A DNA stretch of 64,000 nucleotides from Abditibacterium sp. (GTDB lineage Bacteria > Armatimonadota > Abditibacteriia > Abditibacteriales > Abditibacteriaceae). The position numbers and the translations under genes are program-made. The stretch spans positions 1,248,001 to 1,312,000 of the forward strand of contig CBDASK010000003.1 in NCBI GenBank assembly GCA_965199495.1, in the 5' to 3' direction. Below are positions 17,191-26,063 of this stretch, piece after piece. A model generated the notes under the pieces. That model was not told the origin of the DNA. It did not search any database and worked only from the letters and a program-made list of their open reading frames with translations. Position 1 is the stretch's first letter, and each line of letters opens with the position of its first letter.

Positions 17191-18015
17191 ATGCGACGAA
17201 CGGTTTCCAGCCTTCACCCGGCTCTTTATACCCTGCGCGTCTGGCAGAAACAACAGGCGCGCCATCTGCGCGATTGGCCGGGCCGCCACGGTTTCGCGCG
17301 CGAACGGCAAAGCGAAACTTTGCCGCACACCGTCAAACGCCACCAATCGCTGCTCAATCGCAAAATGGGCGATTCCGATCCGCAATTGCAACTCAACAAA
17401 ATCGTCAATTTGAGCTTGGCGCGCGAATGCGTTGATGGAATTCTCATCAAACCGGGCGAAACGTTTTCGTTCTGGCGACTGGTCGGCGACGCCAACGAAG
17501 CCAAAGGTTATCTGCCCGGTATGCGACTTTCGCGCGGCGAAGTCAAAGTCGGCGTTGGCGGTGGCTTGTGCCAGTTCGGCAATTTATTATTGTGGATGGC
17601 GTGGCATTCTCCGCTCGTTGTCAGCGAGCGCCATCATCATTCGTTCGACCCGTTTCCCGATCAGGGTCGCGTTTTGCCGTTTGGTAGCGGGTGCAGTTTG
17701 TTTTTCCCGTATCTCGATTTGAGATTACACAACCCGACCGACGCGACGTTTCAGTTTCGCATCTGGCTCGATGACACGCACTTGCGCGGCTTGCTCAGTT
17801 CAAGCGAATTGTGGCCGCATACTTTTCATGTTTACGAGCGCGAACACGCGTTTGTGCGCCGCGATGACAAAAACTATCGCAGCAACGAAATTTGGCGTCG
17901 CCTCACCGACCGCGTGACGGGCAATACTGTGGGAGAAGAATTGCTGGTCGTAAACTTCGCCGAAGTGAAGTATCAGATTTCGGATAGCGAATCTCAGATG
18001 TCGGATATCGGATAG
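17191..18015 (+). CDS. VanW-like protein
   Basis: IKPGETFSFW, GVGGGLCQ, ERHHHS, YLDLRLHNPT. Confidence 0.85.
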   Translation: MRRTVSSLHPALYTLRVWQKQQARHLRDWPGRHGFARERQSETLPHTVKRHQSLLNRKMGDSDPQLQLNKIVNLSLARECVDGILIKPGETFSFWRLVGDANEAKGYLPGMRLSRGEVKVGVGGGLCQFGNLLLWMAWHSPLVVSERHHHSFDPFPDQGRVLPFGSGCSLFFPYLDLRLHNPTDATFQFRIWLDDTHLRGLLSSSELWPHTFHVYEREHAFVRRDDKNYRSNEIWRRLTDRVTGNTVGEELLVVNFAEVKYQISDSESQMSDIG

Positions 18016-18090
18016 ATTTAAAGAAAATCAAATCTGTTCGCCTTCCTCACACTTATCCGGGTATCCGCGCTCCGAAATCCGAAATCCGAA
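17971..18090. repeat. Heptamer-periodic inverted repeat (TCRGATW family) overlapping the VanW 3' end
   Basis: TCAGATTTCGGATA...TCAGATGTCGGATATCGGATA / TATCCGGGTATCCG...TCCGAAATCCGAAATCCGAAA. Confidence 0.7.
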
Positions 18091-18092
18091 AC

Positions 18093-19292
18093 ATGCTCAT
18101 CAAAACCCAAAAACAGCTCGATGAATTAGTCGCCAGCCTCACAGCAGCCACGGCGGCGGGGGCGCCCCTCGCCTTCGATACCGAGTTTTTGTCCGAGAAG
18201 CGTTATTACGCCAAATTGTGTTTGGTTCAGGTCTTGGCGCCGCTCGAAAACGGCGGCGTTGTCGAAGGCGCCGTTGATCCGTTTGGCCTCGATTTAACCG
18301 CGTTGGCCGCGATGATTGCCGACCCGAATATCGTGAAAATTGTGCATTCGGGTTCGGCGGATTTGCTGATTTTGTGGCAATTGTTCCAAACGCAGGCGCG
18401 CAACGTTTTCGATACGCAAATCGCGGCGGCGTTTTTGGGTTACGGCCACCAAATCGGTTACGCCGATATGGTGCGGCGCTTCACCGGCGCGCAGATTTCC
18501 AAGACGATGCAATATACCGATTGGAGCGTGCGGCCACTGTCGGACGAGCAGATCGAATATGCGATGGACGATGTGCGTTATCTGCCGCCGATTTATCGCG
18601 ATTTGACTGAGCAATTGCAAGCGCGCGGGCGTTTGGAATGGGCGCAATTCGAGTTCGAGCGCGCTGAAAACAAAGCGACGCGGCCCGACGATGACGAAAA
18701 CGCCTATTTGCGTTTGAACTTGTCGAAACTCAAGCGCAAACAGATCGCGGTTACGCGCGAGTTGGCGAAGGTGCGGCAACAATTGGCGCGCCGTGACAAC
18801 AAGCCGCCGAGTTTCATCGTGCCCGATTTGGCGCTGTTACAGATGGCGCGCCAACAACCTGATTCCGTCGCCGATTTGCGCGCGATTCGCGGGATGCCCG
18901 GCGTGCCCGAAAAAATCGCCAACACTTTATTGGATGCCATTGACGACGCGCTCGAAACCGACCCGGCGACGTGGCCGCCTGCCCGCGAAGACACGCGGCC
19001 CGATCCGCGCTTGGAATCGATTACCTCGCTGATGGGCGTAGTAGCCACGGCGCGCGCCACGAGCGAAGAAGTCTCGCGTTCGTATCTGGCGCCGCGCGAA
19101 GCCGTCAACGATTTGGCGCAATGGTGGCTCGACCGCGCGGCGGGACAAAAAGTCAGCGACGTTTCCGAGCTGGAAATCATGCAAAGTTGGCGCGGCGAAA
19201 TTTTGGGCGCCGATTTACTCAAGTTGCTCGACGGCGAAGCCGTCATCGCGCTCGATGCCGCGACCGGTTTGCCGCAATTGCGCGACGCGTAA
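18093..19292 (+). CDS. rnd: Ribonuclease D
   Basis: AFDTEF...YYAKLCLVQ, FDTQIAA, TDWSVRPLS.EQIEYA.DDV, HRDC domain. Confidence 0.9.
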   Translation: MLIKTQKQLDELVASLTAATAAGAPLAFDTEFLSEKRYYAKLCLVQVLAPLENGGVVEGAVDPFGLDLTALAAMIADPNIVKIVHSGSADLLILWQLFQTQARNVFDTQIAAAFLGYGHQIGYADMVRRFTGAQISKTMQYTDWSVRPLSDEQIEYAMDDVRYLPPIYRDLTEQLQARGRLEWAQFEFERAENKATRPDDDENAYLRLNLSKLKRKQIAVTRELAKVRQQLARRDNKPPSFIVPDLALLQMARQQPDSVADLRAIRGMPGVPEKIANTLLDAIDDALETDPATWPPAREDTRPDPRLESITSLMGVVATARATSEEVSRSYLAPREAVNDLAQWWLDRAAGQKVSDVSELEIMQSWRGEILGADLLKLLDGEAVIALDAATGLPQLRDA

Positions 19293-19304
19293 ACTCCCAT
19301 TCTC

Positions 19305-20099
19305 ATGAAAATTGTCACCTGGAATATTCGCTATCGCAACAACGAAGACGCCGCAAAAGGGTTGGGCTGGGACGAAGTTCGGCGGGCGCGCGTCGTCGCG
19401 ATGCTCGAAGATTTGGCGCCCGACGTGTTAGCGGTTCAGGAGGTTTTGGCGCCGCAGATGAAAGATTTGCGAGCCGCGTTGCCCACCTATCAGGCCGTTG
19501 GCGTTGGGCGCGACGATGGCGTCGAAAGCGGCGAGTTCTCCGCGATTTTCTTTCGGCGCGCGCGCTTTGGCCTGCGCAGTTTTCGCACGCGCTGGCTCTC
19601 GGAAACGCCCGACGTGCCCTCGCGCGGCTGGGATGCCGCGTTGCCGCGCATCGCCACTTGCGTTCGGCTCTACGACGGCCAATTCAAACGCGAATTCGAG
19701 TTGTGGAACACTCATTTCGATCATCGCGGACAGGTCGCTCGCACGCAAAGCGCGCGCTATTTGCGCCGCGAAATCGCGCAACTAATGGTGCCGACACTGT
19801 TGTGCGGCGACTTCAATTCGGCGCCCGACGGAACGCCAGTTCAGGAAATACTATCCACGAAAAACGGCGCCGTTTTGCGCGATGCGCGCGCGCTTTCCCT
19901 CGCGCCACCGACCGGTTCGCTCGCCACGTTTTGCGGTTTCGAGGCCCCCTTGACCGACGTTAAAAATCGCATAGATTACGTTTTCGCCACGACCGGCTGG
20001 CGCATCGAAAGTTACGACGTGCCCGCGTGGAAAGGCGGCGACGACGCGCCCGCATCCGATCATCGGCCCGTCGTTGTCGAGGCGAAATTAGCGCCTTAG
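19305..20099 (+). CDS. Endonuclease/exonuclease/phosphatase (EEP) family protein, copy 1
   Basis: TWNIRY, VQE, GVGRDDG, NTHFDH, GDFN, RIDYVF, SDHRPV. Confidence 0.9.
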   Translation: MKIVTWNIRYRNNEDAAKGLGWDEVRRARVVAMLEDLAPDVLAVQEVLAPQMKDLRAALPTYQAVGVGRDDGVESGEFSAIFFRRARFGLRSFRTRWLSETPDVPSRGWDAALPRIATCVRLYDGQFKREFELWNTHFDHRGQVARTQSARYLRREIAQLMVPTLLCGDFNSAPDGTPVQEILSTKNGAVLRDARALSLAPPTGSLATFCGFEAPLTDVKNRIDYVFATTGWRIESYDVPAWKGGDDAPASDHRPVVVEAKLAP

Positions 20100-20105
20100 A
20101 TTTTC

Positions 20106-20903
20106 ATGAAAATAATGACCTGGAATGTGCGTTGCCAGAACGCAACCGACAACGCCCGTGGCTGCGGCTGGGCCGCCCGCGCCGAAACGTTGTGCGGGAT
20201 TATCAACGCGCAAGCGCCCGACGTTTTGACGACGCAGGAAGCCTACGCGCCGCAAATTGACGATTTGTGCGCTGCCCTGCCCGACTATCAAATGGCGGGC
20301 ATCGGGCGCAACGATGGCGTCCGCGAAGGCGAATTTTGCGCGATATTCTTTCGCGCCGACCGCTACGAACTGCGCGCGCAAAGCACGCGATGGCTGAGCG
20401 AGACGCCCGACGAACCGTCGTTTGGCTGGGGCGCGCACTGCATTCGCATCGTGACCAAAGTGCGACTATTCGACCGCGAAACCAAACGCGAATTTGAAGT
20501 TTGGAACGCACATTTCGATCACGCCAGCGACTTGGCGCGCCTCGAAAGCGCGCGTTTGTTGCGGCGCGGCATCGAAGCCCTCGACGCGCCCGCGATTTTG
20601 TGCGGTGACTTCAACAGCGCGCCCGACGACGAACCGTTGCTGGCTTTGACACAAAACAACGGTTTGCGCGATTCGCGTTTCTATAGCGAGCAGCCACCGC
20701 GTGGCCCACACGCGACATTTTGCGGATTTGCCGACTTTACCGACAGAATAGACGCGCCAATTGGCGGCGACAAAGCGCGCATTGATTACGTTTTGACCGA
20801 CGATAACTGGCACATCGAAAGCTACACCGTCATGCCGACCGACGAAAACGCGAAGCCGGTTTCAGACCACCGTCCGGTTATTGTCGAATTGGAGTTGCGT
20901 TAA
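20106..20903 (+). CDS. EEP family protein, copy 2 (tandem paralog)
   Basis: TWNVR, TQE, GIGRNDG, NAHFDH, GDFN, RIDYVL, SDHRPV. Confidence 0.9.
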   Translation: MKIMTWNVRCQNATDNARGCGWAARAETLCGIINAQAPDVLTTQEAYAPQIDDLCAALPDYQMAGIGRNDGVREGEFCAIFFRADRYELRAQSTRWLSETPDEPSFGWGAHCIRIVTKVRLFDRETKREFEVWNAHFDHASDLARLESARLLRRGIEALDAPAILCGDFNSAPDDEPLLALTQNNGLRDSRFYSEQPPRGPHATFCGFADFTDRIDAPIGGDKARIDYVLTDDNWHIESYTVMPTDENAKPVSDHRPVIVELELR

Positions 20904-20917
20904 GAATTCCAACTGGC

Positions 20918-21065
20918 AGTAACTTTCTGCGGAATTTATTGGCCGTAGAGACACCGACTTGTCGTGTCTAAAACGTTTCGCTCGATTCAACGTAATGATA
21001 AATCCAACGTCTTAGACACGACAAGTCGGTGTCTCTACGGCCAATAAACTCCGCAGAAAGTTACT
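20918..21065. repeat. GTAG-type REP doublet (family A, 20945-21038) with extended 27-bp inverted flanks
   Basis: GTAGAGACACCGACTTGTCGTGTCTAA ... TTAGACACGACAAGTCGGTGTCTCTAC; flanks AGTAACTTTCTGCGGAATTTATTGGCC / GGCCAATAAACTCCGCAGAAAGTTACT. Confidence 0.9.
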
Positions 21066-21077
21066 ATCTCTCACCTC

Positions 21078-22196
21078 ATGCCTCTGACTTGGATCGAAAT
21101 TAACCGCGTCGCGCTCCGCCATAATTACGAAGCGATTGGGACGCTCGTTGGCGACGCGAAAATGATTTGCGTCGTCAAAGCCAACGCCTACGGTTGCGGC
21201 GCGCCCGAATGCGCGCGCATTTTCGCCGAGGCGGGCGCGCCCATGTTGGCCGTTACACGCGTGGACGAAGCGCTCGAACTGCGCGACAACGGCATTCAAA
21301 CGCCGATTACAACTTTGGCGCCCGCGTTATCCGACGAATACGAAACCGCGATTCAAAACGAAATCACGCTCGCCATCAGTTCGCTCGATGAAGCCACGGC
21401 GTTGAGCGAACTCGCCGCGAAGTTGGAGCGCACGGCGCGCGTGCAACTCAAAGTCAATACGGGCATGAACCGGTTCGGTTGTTTGCCCGAAAGCGTCGCT
21501 GAAATCGTCGGGCGCGGGCGCAAATTGACGAACTTGCAATTTTCTGGCGTATTTACGCATCTGGCCAACGCCGCCGCGCCCGACGAAACCGCGACGCGCG
21601 CACAGTGGGAACAATTTCAAGACGCGACTTGCGGATTAACCGATTTAGATTTGCACGTCGCCAATTCGTCGGCTTTGGTGCGCTTTCCCGAAATGCGTTT
21701 GCAAGCCGTGCGTCCCGGTACGCTTTTATATGGCCAGTTTCCCGATGGTTTCATCGGCAAAATCGGCGCGCAAAATGGCTTAAAACTGCGCGATCCGTGG
21801 ACGGCGAAAACGCGCGTAATGAGTTTGCAAACCGTCGCCAAAAGCCAGAGTTTCGGCTACGGCAGCGAATGGACGGCCCAGCGCGACTCTAAACTCGCGA
21901 TTTTAGGCATCGGCTGGGCCGATGGACTGCTTATGGAGCCGCACGCGCGCGTCGAATCGCCGCTCGAAGCGGTCAAGGCCGGAATGAAACGCGCGGCGCG
22001 CTTGAAGCAGAATCCCAACGCCGGACGAACGGTAAAAATCGGCGACAAGCAATTTCCGCTCATTGGCCGCGTGGCGATGCAAACGTGCGCGATTGACATC
22101 ACCGACGCGCCCGCCGTGGCTGTAGGCGACGAAGTGATAGTTCCAATGCGCCGCTTGGCGGCGCGCGAAGGTTTGGCGCGGGTTTATGTGGATTGA
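21078..22196 (+). CDS. alr: Alanine racemase
   Basis: VVKANAYG (PLP lysine), KVNTGMNRFG, FTHLA, HVANS, VRPG.LLYG, GYG. Confidence 0.85.
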   Translation: MPLTWIEINRVALRHNYEAIGTLVGDAKMICVVKANAYGCGAPECARIFAEAGAPMLAVTRVDEALELRDNGIQTPITTLAPALSDEYETAIQNEITLAISSLDEATALSELAAKLERTARVQLKVNTGMNRFGCLPESVAEIVGRGRKLTNLQFSGVFTHLANAAAPDETATRAQWEQFQDATCGLTDLDLHVANSSALVRFPEMRLQAVRPGTLLYGQFPDGFIGKIGAQNGLKLRDPWTAKTRVMSLQTVAKSQSFGYGSEWTAQRDSKLAILGIGWADGLLMEPHARVESPLEAVKAGMKRAARLKQNPNAGRTVKIGDKQFPLIGRVAMQTCAIDITDAPAVAVGDEVIVPMRRLAAREGLARVYVD

Positions 22197-22244
22197 AATT
22201 TGGTAATTTTTCACTGTCTCGGAGAGACACCGACCGGGTGCAAT

Positions 22245-22994
22245 TTAACGCTCCTTCTCCCATTCCAACGCAAGATGACGATTATTAAATTCATCGTCGT
22301 CCAAATCGCCGCGATTGAAACAACGCAAAATTTCGTCCGAATTGGCCGCGCGCACCGGCTGGCCGTCGGGAATCAAAGCGCCCGCCGCCATCATGCGCAT
22401 CAGGCCGTTGAAGATGGATTGCAAACCTTCCAGTTCGTCGGGGCGCGCATCGCGGCACGATAAATCGGGGCGCCCAAATAATCGCATCCCGCGCGTATGC
22501 AGCCACGTCCACCCGTCGTCCTGCGGCGTCACCAAAATAATCGCGTGATCTGTCGGCTCGAAACCGGCGCCGAAGAATTGGTCGCGCCATTCGTGCGCAC
22601 TAAAAACGCTTAAAATTTGCGGCAGAAACACCGCGACGCCGCCACTTTCCAGACTCGCCGCGACAACGCCGATTGTATCGCGCAGATAATCGAGCGAGTT
22701 AGGATCGGTAATTTCGCCTCGAATCACGAGTTTCTGCGGCGCGTCCAACGCGATTTGCCATGCGGTCTGATTCGATTGGCGCGCCAAATCGGCCATCGCG
22801 CCGTTCCAAGCGGCGCCGTTGTCGTTGGGCGTAATTTGCGCGATAAGTTCGGGTGGCAAACCCGCCGAATTGTGTTTAGCCGCCGAGACTTGCGTTTCTG
22901 TTTTGGCCCAATCGCCATAAATTTCGATCCAAACCAAAGCATCGCCGCCGCCCGATTGATAACGTGGGCGCGGCCAAGAGAATAATTGGGGCAC
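22245..22994 (-). CDS. Hypothetical protein with DUF4261-like C-terminus
   Basis: WLHTRGMRLFGRPDL, DDEFNNRH; start uncertain (GTG 22994 avoids overlap with the divergent gene). Confidence 0.55.
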   Translation of the reverse strand: MPQLFSWPRPRYQSGGGDALVWIEIYGDWAKTETQVSAAKHNSAGLPPELIAQITPNDNGAAWNGAMADLARQSNQTAWQIALDAPQKLVIRGEITDPNSLDYLRDTIGVVAASLESGGVAVFLPQILSVFSAHEWRDQFFGAGFEPTDHAIILVTPQDDGWTWLHTRGMRLFGRPDLSCRDARPDELEGLQSIFNGLMRMMAAGALIPDGQPVRAANSDEILRCFNRGDLDDDEFNNRHLALEWEKER

Positions 22995-23051
22995 GCGTTT
23001 TAGTCTGGCAAAAATGAGAATCTGGCGCGCTGGTTTAAACTGCAAATCACC

Positions 23052-23930
23052 ATGATTGCCCCCTCTCTTCTCGCCGATTTGCAACAGCGAATCAACGCCG
23101 CCGACTTGAGCAGCCACGCCGACGCCATTCTCGCCACGGCGCGCCCCGCAGTTGATCTAATTTTGGATGGCCCATTGAGCGGCACGCTGGGCGAAACACG
23201 CTTTGGCGGCACGCCCGATTTGCCCGCCGATGTGGATTGGCCGCGCAACGAAGACGGCGAAGCGCTGACTTTTCTGGCGCAAATCAATTTGAGCGAAATC
23301 TCGGCATTTGATGGTAATCCTCTGCCCGCGCGCGGCTGGCTTTACGTTTTTATCGGATTGGACGAACCCGCCAGCGATGTCGAAAACTTAATTTTTCTGG
23401 TGGACGGCGATACGCAATTGGTGGCGACGACAGCGCCCACGCAAAGCGAGTGGGCCAACGATGAAAATTATGTGGATATGCCCGCGCAAAAGCTGCGATT
23501 GGCGCTCTTTGCTGATATTCCACGCTGGGCAACGCAGGACTTTTATGACTTGGTTCAAGCTATCGAACCCGACGAAGACGAGGCCGATGAAGTCGAAAGC
23601 GATTTGAACGATCTGGGCGGCAACTCGCACGACGCGAAAAGCATCGGCCAGTTGCTCGGCCACGCGAGCGGCATTGGCCACGACAGCCGCGAAGACGCGT
23701 TTGTCGTGCGCGAAATCGGGCCACAATATATTTACGATTACGCGCACCGCCAAACGCTCGATATAACGCGCGCCCGAAATTGGATCAATCTGCTGCGCCT
23801 CGAATCGTTTCGCGAAGGCGAACACGATTTTTGCGTGTGGGACGCGGGCTATTTTAATTTTCTGATTCATCGCGACGACATGAAAAAACTCGATTTCAGT
23901 CGCGTTTACGCGGCGGTCGAAACCAGTTGA
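23052..23930 (+). CDS. DUF1963 (YwqG-like) protein
   Basis: TRFGGTPDLP...WP, LTFLAQINL, LPARGWLYVF, WDAGYFNFLI, LDFSRV. Confidence 0.8.
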   Translation: MIAPSLLADLQQRINAADLSSHADAILATARPAVDLILDGPLSGTLGETRFGGTPDLPADVDWPRNEDGEALTFLAQINLSEISAFDGNPLPARGWLYVFIGLDEPASDVENLIFLVDGDTQLVATTAPTQSEWANDENYVDMPAQKLRLALFADIPRWATQDFYDLVQAIEPDEDEADEVESDLNDLGGNSHDAKSIGQLLGHASGIGHDSREDAFVVREIGPQYIYDYAHRQTLDITRARNWINLLRLESFREGEHDFCVWDAGYFNFLIHRDDMKKLDFSRVYAAVETS

Positions 23931-23934
23931 AACC

Positions 23935-24801
23935 TTATTCGGCGCGCGCCAAAAACGCGCGTTTGGCGCGTTCGTTCTGGCGTTGCGCGGCCTGAAACGC
24001 GGCGGCGCAGTCGAAGAGTGGCCCGACTTCATCGAAGAAGCGAAACTGAAAATAAGGCGCGCTCGCCTTGAATGGCACCGATTGAATATGTTTGTCGTAG
24101 AGCGCCTTTTTGCTTTCATCGGGGCCGACGATGAACAGTTGTGTTTTCAGAAAAGACGGCAGTTGGCAAAGCCGATTGATGCCATTCAAAACGTCGGTCG
24201 TATGCTCGACTTCAAAGGCGCAACGAGGAATCAAATCGTCGTCGTTGGTGGTCTCGAACCACAAAACATCGATCAGCGCGGCCTCCTTTTTTTGTTTGGG
24301 TTTGAGCCAAGTCACCGGTTCTAAACCGTCACGTAGCGTCACCAAATCGGAGAGCGGCTTGCCGTTAAAAAAACCCTTGGTCTGGTCGGCGGGTGGCGCG
24401 TAAGTATGAAAACCGTAAACCTGACCGATGTAAAGCAGTTGACCCTGAATCGTATCGGTGATTTCTTTAGTGGTCGGAACTTTGGGTTGAGTGGCTTCGG
24501 GTTGCACCAAATCGAGCGCGATTGGCGTCGCAATTGGCGCGCTCACAACTGGCAAAATGGTGGGCGCCAGCAAGCGATAGTTGCCACTGCCCGTATCAAT
24601 CGGCTCGAAAATTTTGTAGATCCGCACGACCTGACGCACTTTGGCATCGACGTTATTGTTGCCTTTGGCTTTGGGATGCTGAAGTGCAAGCGCGATAATT
24701 TGCTTTAGATGCGCCTCGCCGCCCAATTGTTGCAGCGCGTCGGCAATCACGTCTTTCCATGTCATTTCGGGCGTCATTAACCGATAGTTTAATGCGCTCA
24801 C
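23935..24801 (-). CDS. Winged-HTH plus PD-(D/E)xK-like nuclease domain protein
   Basis: TWKDVIADALQQLGGEAHL N-terminal HTH; IDVLW...AFEVEHTT...G+.RL nuclease-like motif; overlaps the upstream gene stop. Confidence 0.65.
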   Translation of the reverse strand: MSALNYRLMTPEMTWKDVIADALQQLGGEAHLKQIIALALQHPKAKGNNNVDAKVRQVVRIYKIFEPIDTGSGNYRLLAPTILPVVSAPIATPIALDLVQPEATQPKVPTTKEITDTIQGQLLYIGQVYGFHTYAPPADQTKGFFNGKPLSDLVTLRDGLEPVTWLKPKQKKEAALIDVLWFETTNDDDLIPRCAFEVEHTTDVLNGINRLCQLPSFLKTQLFIVGPDESKKALYDKHIQSVPFKASAPYFQFRFFDEVGPLFDCAAAFQAAQRQNERAKRAFLARAE

Positions 24802-26063
24802 TCCAAACGCAAAACTCGGTTACCAGCGCGCAATTCGCCCAGCGTCGTTTCGAGCCAGCGCAACCACGAAATCACCGAAATCGCGCGCCGAGGAACAGTG
24901 TCGCCTGTTAGTGAAGTGTGTTTGTCAATCGAAGCAGCCACGGCGGCTTTGTTAATTGTGCCATCGCCCTTTAGCGCGCTTTCGAGGGCGCAGCGAATCA
25001 CCGGTTGGCGCAGCAGATTGGCGATCATTTTCTCTTGCCGCTCGCCCGCCGAAAGTTCGATATACGCGCGGCCTTCGTCGGTCAAATTGTAGCCCTGAAT
25101 CAAACCCATTTGCTCGGCGGCGCGGCGATAATAACTGCTCTGGCGCTCCGAGAAATCGAAGGCGCCCGCGATTTTTCCGCTATCGTCACAGCCCGCCGAG
25201 ACTTGCAACGGGAAGTCAATGACTTTGGCGAAATCATCGGCTTGCGGCACTTCCCACGGCTGCGTTGTGGCCACGACGGGCGTAATTTTGAGCCATTCGC
25301 CCAATGTGCGCGGTTTGTTTTCAGGAAAATGGACGCGGAAATGTTGGCTACTGCAAACCTCAATCGAGCGATATTGCTGCGGGTCGGCAAAGCGATATTC
25401 GTGAAACGAATTGACGCCGCTCGTGCCGTTGTAATTGAAGAAAAACAGTCGCACGCGTTTGCCGAAACGCTCCAGATAAACCCGATAAGGAAAGTAAATC
25501 TGGCGAATTAAAAAGTCTTGCGGCGTCGTATTTTTCGCCTCGAACAAAATGATTTCGTCGCGCGTTTCGTAGCCTTGGTCAACTTCGTATTGAATGCCTC
25601 GCGCCGAAAATTCGCCCAAATCGCCGACGCGATAATCGAAATGCGGCGCGAAACGGCGCCCGCGAATCGTCGCAAAAATCTCGTCTGTCCCGATAATTTG
25701 CTCGATGAGTTTGCACTGAAACAACCGATCTAACTGGCTCATTTCGCTGGTCGCATCGCGCAGCGAAACCAAGGGAAACGGAAATTTCGCATCGAAATCT
25801 TCAACATCGGCGCTCTTAATCGGTGGCAAATCGCAGTAACCGTCTTCGCGCAATAAAAGATATGAACCGTTGGTTTCGGGCAGCAAAAACAAGCCGTTTT
25901 CGCGCAACGCTTCGGGCCGCGCGCCGCGCGCGTCGAACTTGGTCATCAGCCGTGGCTCCTGTCCGAGCGCCTTGAAATCCGCCGAACACAAGCGATTGAC
26001 CGGGCGCGATAAATCAATCAAATTGGACGCGACAATCTGTTTCCAAGCTTGATCGCGCGTCAT
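24798..26063 (-). CDS. Putative restriction endonuclease
   Basis: EPRLMTKFD, QYEVDQGYE..IILFEAK, FLIRQIYFPYR, VPQADD, RQSSYY; RBS GAGGTG then ATG 26063; downstream of a DNA methyltransferase. Confidence 0.65.
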   Translation of the reverse strand: MTRDQAWKQIVASNLIDLSRPVNRLCSADFKALGQEPRLMTKFDARGARPEALRENGLFLLPETNGSYLLLREDGYCDLPPIKSADVEDFDAKFPFPLVSLRDATSEMSQLDRLFQCKLIEQIIGTDEIFATIRGRRFAPHFDYRVGDLGEFSARGIQYEVDQGYETRDEIILFEAKNTTPQDFLIRQIYFPYRVYLERFGKRVRLFFFNYNGTSGVNSFHEYRFADPQQYRSIEVCSSQHFRVHFPENKPRTLGEWLKITPVVATTQPWEVPQADDFAKVIDFPLQVSAGCDDSGKIAGAFDFSERQSSYYRRAAEQMGLIQGYNLTDEGRAYIELSAGERQEKMIANLLRQPVIRCALESALKGDGTINKAAVAASIDKHTSLTGDTVPRRAISVISWLRWLETTLGELRAGNRVLRLE

